A DNA stretch of 24,605 bases from Paraspadella gotoi. Its lineage: Eukaryota; Animalia; Chaetognatha. Each line of letters opens with the position of its first letter. The stretch's first letter is position 1. The notes under the pieces were generated by a model. The model searched no databases. It saw nothing but the letters and a program-made list of their open reading frames with translations, and was not told the DNA's origin. Shown here one piece after another: positions 21,727-24,605 of this stretch. Position numbers and translations under genes: made by a program. The stretch is from contig CM119271.1 of NCBI GenBank assembly GCA_051294375.1, positions 2,699,490 through 2,724,094 of the forward strand. The letters run 5' to 3'.

Positions 21727-23530
21727 GTCTTCATCCTTCTTATGCACAAATTTTAAACTATTCTGTCAAAACGCTGATGAAGACTTGTAAAACAAGTCGT
21801 AAACATGTCTGTTTCAATCTATAAATAAAATTCGTTGCAAACAAAAACTTTGTCAAGTCTCTAATTAATAGTAACAACGAAAAAAAGAAAGGATTAGCTT
21901 CATATAAAATTTTATTGTATACTTAATGAAAATTTGAAAACAACTATACAAATTCAGCCCAATGATCGATGATTGGATTTTTTATAGGTTTTTTCTATTT
22001 TTAACCAATTTATTGTCAAAATTTGAAAAAAATATAATACTCAATTTCATTTAAACTTTATCAAACTCTTAGAATCCGTTCTTAAAAAATTAAAATTTTA
22101 CAATTTTTTTTGTCATTTGTTATATATTAATATATATATTTAAAAGCTTCAGTGCAACAACCCAATGAACTAAATCAAAAAAGTTGCATTCAAAATCGAT
22201 TTAGTAATGAAAGGAAAAAAATTTTTTTAGAGAACTTGAAGTTATAAAATGTGTTCAATTTTGGCCCGCCTTAAGCCAGAGAAGATGAACAAATTTGTGA
22301 ATTTTAATCACTCACTTCAAAAATGAGAAATCACAATGAGAATCCAATAGTTTAATTCATAAAGAATATATAGATTAACAAAGCTTTTCTTTTTTTTCAT
22401 GTTGGTGAGGTAACACAGTATTTAGACTTTCACGGTATTAATTGGGATTGTTATTCGGAATCCGACGACGAAAATCTTTACATCCGGGGATCAATTCTGA
22501 ATTTAAGAGTTTGAGTCATGCAGTTGAGAGTCGCGATGGAGACGGACCAAGAAAAGGACGCACAGACAATACCTTTTCATTTTATATTATCTTAGATTAG
22601 ACTTTTAAGTGACCGAAAAGAAAGAAGTCGCCATGCCCCTCTGACAAAGTAGCTCACACTTAATGTGCCCACTGCCCAGTGTGTCTTGGAGATTTATCAA
22701 GCTTCCCTCTTTCTTTCTCGAACTTCTGGTGGTTTAACCGATAAGTTACTCTTTAGCAAGGATCATTCCTACCAGGCCTAAAGCACGTGACCTCAGCGTA
22801 CGGTTAATTTAGCGTTAGCGTGTTGCGCTGTTACCATGCTGGTGTCTGTTACATTCAAATATTCAGCGGGAATAGATCTTCACAACATTGCTGACCAAAA
22901 TTCAATCAGCGACAGACCAACCGACAAAGTAAATTATAGAGTCTGAGTATCGACATCTGTCGATAGTCACGTTTTGTTTTCTTTTTCACATCTGAAAACT
23001 CGCTTCTCTCTCACCGCGAGTCACAAACTCAGTCACGTCACCTTCGGGGGCAGATCTTTGGGACCCGTCGGGCTGTGACCGAAGACGAGTAGCGGGACGA
23101 GGTAAACCACGAAGGCGACAGCGACGACGAACCAAAGCATCCACGCCGCGTCCAGGGACTTCGTCAATTTGACCAGCGTGCTCTGGTGTCGGGGAAAAAT
23201 TTGAAAATTTTTGGCGGGAAAATTTGTGAAATTCGTTTTGAGTCGGTTTAATTTAAATAACTAAGAAGAAATTTGTAAAGCTTAAAAAACTGTAAGTTTC
23301 ACTTCATCTTAAAGTTGAATGTAATGCTAAAATCAAGAATATTTTTATTTTTTGTTCTAGAAAAAAGTTAAAAAGTGGTTCTAAAGTTATAAAATACTTT
23401 TTTAAAATTATTTTAATAGGAATTTAGAAGGGAACTCAGTGGCCACTCTCCGAACCTGATATGCCCAGCAGCAAACCGTCAATACGACCATGGACAACGA
23501 GGTCAGTCTCAGAAAAATAGGGTGACCCAT
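7888..23530 (-). CDS. SLC35G-like / EamA (DMT superfamily) multi-pass transporter, spliced; join(23456-23530, 23042-23182, 12063-12147, 11752-11931, 11256-11361, 9746-9920, 8401-8553, 7888-8139), 388 aa
   Basis: Eight GT-AG-bounded exons join in phase (75+141+85+180+106+175+153+252 = 1167 nt, no internal stop). The translation has SLC35G-type motifs: STLVKL...P..GPK, FYAMQNAPIGDAVTL, GIVLVCQPEFLFG, LGYATAFASA...KL..VHW, TFALQVE...VAL, EIPFSYLF...ETPNLLSGVGAGVI. About 10 hydrophobic segments by eye. Family assignment is from motif memory. Confidence 0.88.
8401..8553 (-). CDS. SLC35G-like exon: VETPPLVALTATLEIPFSYLFAFVFTGETPNLLSGVGAGVIFGAVVVMGAK
   Basis: Acceptor tttttaag|, donor AAG|gtacga; last two TM helices of the second EamA repeat. 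Confidence 0.88.
8855..8898. repeat. 11-bp tandem repeat (ggtcgcacact) x3-4
   Basis: Directly visible. Confidence 0.85.
9072..9648 (+). repeat. Two tandem copies (about 340-bp period) of a dispersed repeat family
   Basis: ggtactctgggagtgaata...gaaagctt...cattatcttgt...ggaggc.ttaaaccacca...tccaaa.tcag.ggc.aga.agct...aatttcataa occurs from about 9072 and again from about 9411. Confidence 0.8.
9678..9738. repeat. 21-bp minisatellite x3 (ctctctcgactcgctctccgt)
   Basis: Directly visible, just inside the intron next to the 9746 donor. Confidence 0.9.
9746..9920 (-). CDS. SLC35G-like exon: (W)SVVEFNFVPVGLALLPFFTWGMNGWTPPPSLTLQDVVAAVVVAALDIVGRICTTFALQ
   Basis: Acceptor actttcag|, donor CAG|gtaacg; matches the frame of ORF 9641-9913. 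Confidence 0.88.
10235..10368. mobile_element. 134-bp palindromic miniature element with about 35-bp inverted ends and hammerhead-core fragments inside
   Basis: ttaactaaagacgaaaattttcgtgaaacaacaattt ... aaattgttgtttcacgaaaattttagtcttaagtaaa; interior gtttcgatacttcatcagc and gccgaaacaagtc. Confidence 0.65.
11256..11361 (-). CDS. SLC35G-like exon: FPNATLGYATAFASAFCFAVMFVFVAKLQDYGVH(W)
   Basis: Acceptor tattcttag|, donor TG|gtaatg; phase 1 in, phase 2 out. Confidence 0.85.
11418..11692 (+). mobile_element. Same MITE family with TTAGG(G)-like core, filling most of an SLC35G-like intron
   Basis: Shares gccccatttcatctaaa at the left, aaggttagagatt in the core and ggctttggtaaaagagag at the right with the 13852-14018 copy. 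Confidence 0.5.
11752..11931 (-). CDS. SLC35G-like exon: (G)DAVTLWDMDLIWTAVLFSIVERRWLSPVHAACICSALVGIVLVCQPEFLFGVGHDDNAP
   Basis: Acceptor cacgacag|. Donor G|gttcga was chosen for phase; the exact 3' edge is slightly uncertain. QPEFLFG hallmark motif. Confidence 0.88.
12063..12147 (-). CDS. SLC35G-like exon: VRCLMVIEPCFEILGYGCVFYAMQNAPI(G)
   Basis: Acceptor ctctttcag|, donor G|gtaaat; phase 0 in, phase 1 out. Confidence 0.88.
12378..12614 (-). mobile_element. tRNA-containing structured repeat (SINE-like), copy 1
   Basis: Reverse complement of 14245-14478. The tRNA-like part (12500-12572) reads GTGGCCA TTGG TGAC GGAGGCAA GTCA TTCGCCTCCCAA...CCGGG TTCTAG CCCGG TGGTCGC, with acceptor, D and T stems but a broken anticodon stem. 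Confidence 0.7.
13004..13192 (+). mobile_element. Same MITE family, third and more diverged copy
   Basis: ccccaatcatcttaaatt...aggttagagatt...ggttagggattagggtt...gaaagagagc. Confidence 0.45.
13526..13654 (+). CDS. Ly6-like gene exon 1: signal peptide and S/T/P-rich linker
   Basis: MRTFLCFIFCLRLCNGSSSLPPNLTSSLAPNLTTNLPLPTSTE; donor GAG|gtatag; phase 0. Confidence 0.65.
13526..20295 (+). CDS. Nested antisense gene (possibly pseudogene): secreted or membrane-anchored protein with two Cys-rich Ly6/uPAR (three-finger)-like units; exons 13526-13654, 14930-15002, [15057-15093], 15162-15256, 17534-17688, 17820-17845, [18274-18413], 19818-20295
   Basis: Signal-peptide-like MRTFLCFIFCLRLCNG plus an S/T/P linker, then DSDYDLTCKNCDVAKNELMCRIDAG|YGMKSKCYLIEDCIGDCQDEFRNCFCCPNNW|NLSNNSFTCSEF...LYCANGTQPFKMCRG...WCGVDKEK|VCGMKLTS|...|NERNCFNSPAACAAAGSCCCQTDDCN and a hydrophobic tail. 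The five unbracketed exons up to 17845 join in phase with GT-AG sites. The two bracketed exons are each 1 nt too long. Confidence 0.7.
13852..14018 (-). mobile_element. MITE-like element with a degenerate (TTAGGG)-like core
   Basis: The ends ggctctcttttccgaaagcccta / tagggcactttgggaaaacaaagtcggc are imperfect inverted repeats; core ccttaatctctaaccttaaccctaatcc. Confidence 0.55.
14245..14478 (+). mobile_element. tRNA-containing structured repeat (SINE-like), copy 2
   Basis: tRNA-like segment at 14285-14357 with a B-box-like GGTTCTAGCCC; aligns end to end with copy 1. Confidence 0.7.
14930..15002 (+). CDS. Ly6-like gene exon: DSDYDLTCKNCDVAKNELMCRIDA(G)
   Basis: Acceptor ccttcag|, donor G|gtaaat; LxCxxC start typical of LU domains. 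Confidence 0.7.
15162..15256 (+). CDS. Ly6-like gene exon: (G)YGMKSKCYLIEDCIGDCQDEFRNCFCCPNNW
   Basis: Acceptor ttgttattgctag|, donor TGG|gtgagt; six Cys including CxCC. Confidence 0.72.
15280..15400. repeat. (ATT)n microsatellite
   Basis: Directly visible. Confidence 0.95.
15479..15519 (-). ncRNA. Degenerate hammerhead-like motif
   Basis: Minus strand reads AACG-CUGAUGA-A-GGCUU(AAACGC)AACCC-GAAAC-AU-AUC-UG. Core intact, with mismatches in stems II and III. Confidence 0.5.
15532..15658 (-). repeat. Inverted copy of the 3' end of the HINE-like element
   Basis: Reverse complement of 16495-16622 with scattered substitutions. Confidence 0.8.
15700..16626 (+). mobile_element. Helentron/DINE-1 (HINE)-like non-autonomous element
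   Basis: Three tandem subrepeats (about 15953, 16108, 16284; tttccatttaaactc...cccacacacaaaatttca), a (GGAC)n microsatellite at 16430-16481, and a 3' end ccgacaaagtgaattatagagtcgggatctgctgataagcggatctgactaaaaa with a terminal hairpin. The 5' boundary is approximate. Confidence 0.6.
16631..16980 (-). repeat. Inverted partial HINE-like copy: (GTCT/GTCC)n, one subrepeat and a TAAT-rich tract
   Basis: 16720-16850 is the reverse complement of the subrepeat at 16284-16412. Confidence 0.75.
17150..17258 (+). repeat. Deleted HINE-like copy (subrepeat fragment plus 3' hairpin)
   Basis: ccgacaaagtggattatagagtcggaatctgctgatccgactaaaaa matches the 16573-16626 terminus. Confidence 0.7.
17534..17688 (+). 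CDS. Ly6-like gene exon: NLSNNSFTCSEFWTESIKHIRTLYCANGTQPFKMCRGIPPFFSPWCGVDKE(K)
   Basis: Acceptor catttccag|, donor AA|gtaagt; phase 0 in, phase 2 out; three N-glycosylation sequons (NLS, NNS, NGT). Confidence 0.7.
17820..17845 (+). CDS. Ly6-like gene 26-nt micro-exon: (K)VCGMKLTS
   Basis: Acceptor aatttcag|, donor G|gtaaag; phase 2 in matches the previous exon. Confidence 0.6.
18274..18413 (+). pseudogene. Disrupted Ly6-like exon: (V)VVSEYDSVMIQEDFNEYAKIVQYFMD then frameshift/stop
   Basis: Acceptor attttcag|, donor |gtaagt. In-frame TGA at 18366-18368. Removing one T near 18355 gives CYIFDTY, parallel to CYLIED in unit 1, but a 12-nt duplication (18387-18410) still adds stops. Confidence 0.5.
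18900..19543. mobile_element. MITE with 19-bp perfect inverted repeats
   Basis: aaatgggagtgaaatgaaa (18900-18918) and tttcatttcactcccattt (19525-19543); AT-rich non-coding interior. The true termini may extend about 10 bp further. Confidence 0.55.
19818..20295 (+). CDS. Ly6-like gene last exon: CCxxDxCN motif and long hydrophobic tail
   Basis: Acceptor ttatttcccag|; NERNCFNSPAACAAAGSCCCQTDDCNTDF...NSGAVIAPSFIVAFGVFL...; AATAAA at 20291-20296 overlaps the stop. Confidence 0.78.
20558..20601 (-). ncRNA. Minimal type I hammerhead ribozyme motif
   Basis: Minus strand reads AACG-CUGAUGA-A-GACUUGU(AAAC)ACAAGUC-GAAAC-AU-GUC-UGUU. Core intact, 7-bp stem II, palindromic ACAUGU stem III, GUC cleavage triplet, 4-bp stem I. 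Confidence 0.78.
21769..21814 (+). ncRNA. Minimal type I hammerhead motif, second arm (T insertion in GAAA)
   Basis: AAACG-CTGATGA-A-GACTTGT(AAA)ACAAGTC-GTAAAC-AT-GTC-TGTTT. The extra T at 21800 is either a mutation or a consensus error. Confidence 0.62.
22910..22970 (+). repeat. HINE-like 3' terminus with a different hairpin
   Basis: gacagaccaaccgacaaagtaaattatagagtc followed by the hairpin tatcgaca-tc-tgtcgata. Confidence 0.5.
23042..23182 (-). CDS. SLC35G-like exon: STLVKLTKSLDAAWMLWFVVAVAFVVYLVPLLVFGHSPTGPKDLPPK
   Basis: Acceptor ttttccccgacaccag|, donor AAG|gtgacg; GC-rich island; LVKL and P.GPK motifs. Confidence 0.85.
23456..23530 (-). CDS. SLC35G-like exon: MGHPIFLRLTSLSMVVLTVCCWAYQ (TM1)
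   Basis: ATG in aaaATGg context; donor CAG|gttcgg; phase 0 matches the next exon. Confidence 0.7.
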
Positions 23531-24334
23531 TTTCCAAAAAAAAAGTGGCAAATATCAAAAAATATAAAAAATCGGCTTGGAACTTTAGGTGAAAAATCAG
23601 GAGACAAAAACGCGTCCAGTTAAAACTGGATTTTATTTTCTCAGACGGGGATTTTTATACCAACGGGATTGGGTTGGGGTGGATTGGTTTGGGTTGGATT
23701 CGTCATGGGCCAACGTCCGAATTTAAGGCTGATAAGATTTGGGTGACCGGCTATATGGGTATCGCTCTTACATTATATGATAAAGATTATACTTTTTATG
23801 TTGCAATTATTATATTCTTCATTTTTTAAATTTTCTATTTATTGTGCCGATCACTGTGAAGCCATATTTGAAGTCGTGAACGCCAATCAAACTAACCATG
23901 TCACCAAGCCCTGACCGAATAAAATCAGTAACTAAATTATTACATTATACATTATAATTGACAAGGATGTTGCTAGTTTTCTTTTAAGAGGTTTAAAGTT
24001 CATCGGACGATCGAAAGATCGTTGAACTTTTTCACCTCCTTTGAATAAGTCGGAAAAAAATAACTCGCAAGACTAATCAATATGAACTATCAGATTTTTA
24101 AAAAAAATTAATTATCGAATATAACATAAACTCTTTTCCTATACCTTATCAAATTCGTTTTATGTATAATACTAAAGCGAAAACTCAATTTTGTAAAATA
24201 CAACGGTTATTTATTCCAGTCATGTGAATGAAACAGTTTCTCACAATTCTTTGAGTGTGTGAGATAAAAATTAAAACCGGTTGCAAGTGGAATCGAAAAT
24301 GACGAATCTACCGGTTGTAACTCGATTTTCTTAC

Positions 24335-24345
24335 CTCTTTGGCAT
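24335..24345 (-). CDS. Possible upstream first coding exon of the SLC35G-like gene (ATG CCA AAG AG)
   Basis: Strong donor AG|gtaaga at 24335/24334. Its phase 2 would join an acceptor at 23508/23507 (ttttctgag|A CTG) to give MPKRLTSLSM. That acceptor is a rare GAG, so this may instead be a 5' UTR exon. Confidence 0.4.
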
Positions 24346-24358
24346 TTCAACCCTACAA

Positions 24359-24390
<32 letters not shown>

Positions 24391-24510
24391 AGTCTCTTCT
24401 CGTCGTCGTCTCTCTCGTCTCTCGTCCTCCGGCGCTCTCTCTATCTCCACGTCGCTCTTCATAAAGTTTCATATTTTTTTCTCTCCGCTAAAAATAAAAC
24501 TCGAGAGGAG

Positions 24511-24567
24511 ATCACGTGATATGTCGCACGTCCTGTTGCATGACGAAAAGTCACGTGATATGACGTC
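24511..24567. promoter_or_regulatory. Two TCACGTGA E-boxes (CLEAR/USF/MiTF type) plus CRE-like TGACG sites upstream of the SLC35G-like gene
   Basis: aTCACGTGAtatg at 24511 and gTCACGTGAtatg at 24550; TGACG at 24541 and TGACGTC at 24561; about 170-220 bp upstream of the 24345 ATG. Confidence 0.55.
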
Positions 24568-24605
24568 TGTTTGCTTTTCTTATTTATCCGAGTTGATCCT
24601 CCTCC

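Larger units (their letters stand above)
20510..21864. mobile_element. Foldback element with about 520-545 bp inverted arms (20510-21030 and 21320-21864) and a 289 bp spacer; Penelope-like inverted pseudo-LTR architecture
   Basis: The arms are reverse complements along their whole length, for example ttaaggagtaagaaagagctcaaaatgagc / gctcattttgagctcttcttactccttaa and gacaaagtttttgtttgcaacgaattttatttatag / ctataaataaaattcgttgcaaacaaaaactttgtc. Each arm has (GA)n tracts and a hammerhead motif followed by AATAAA near its outer end. Confidence 0.75.

Noticed and set aside
22153-22173. cag|TGC AAC AAC CCA ATG AAC TAA as the missing CN exon for CCPNNW
   Set aside because: In phase but has a poor pyrimidine tract and lies beyond the gene's last exon; exon 17534 gives a better in-phase continuation. 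Probably chance.

Overview
AT-rich, microsatellite-dense eukaryotic (probably invertebrate) genomic DNA with two assembly gaps (N at 4460-4654 and 5111-5411). Most supplied six-frame ORFs are artefacts of simple repeats; the real genes are spliced and were reconstructed by hand. (1) A minus-strand gene with 8 (possibly 9) coding exons and consistent phases (23530 or 24345 down to 7888, about 385-388 aa) encodes an SLC35G/EamA (DMT)-type transporter. It has a C-terminal ExxxLL motif and two TCACGTGA (CLEAR-type) boxes upstream. (2) Inside its 10.9 kb intron (12148-23041), on the opposite strand, is a multi-exon gene for a signal-peptide protein with two Cys-rich Ly6/uPAR-like units (13526-20295). 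It carries frame disruptions as assembled. (3) The same intron holds a 1.35 kb foldback element (20510-21864) whose arms each end in a minimal type I hammerhead-ribozyme motif of the Penelope-like pseudo-LTR kind. Two more palindromic elements with related ends lie at 15441-17321 and 10235-10368. Also present: an inverted pair of structured tRNA-containing repeats, Helentron/DINE-1-like repeats, MITEs with telomere-like cores and a four-copy dispersed repeat. Bases 1-7000 contain only weakly supported exon and promoter candidates. Family assignments come from motif recognition, not database searches.
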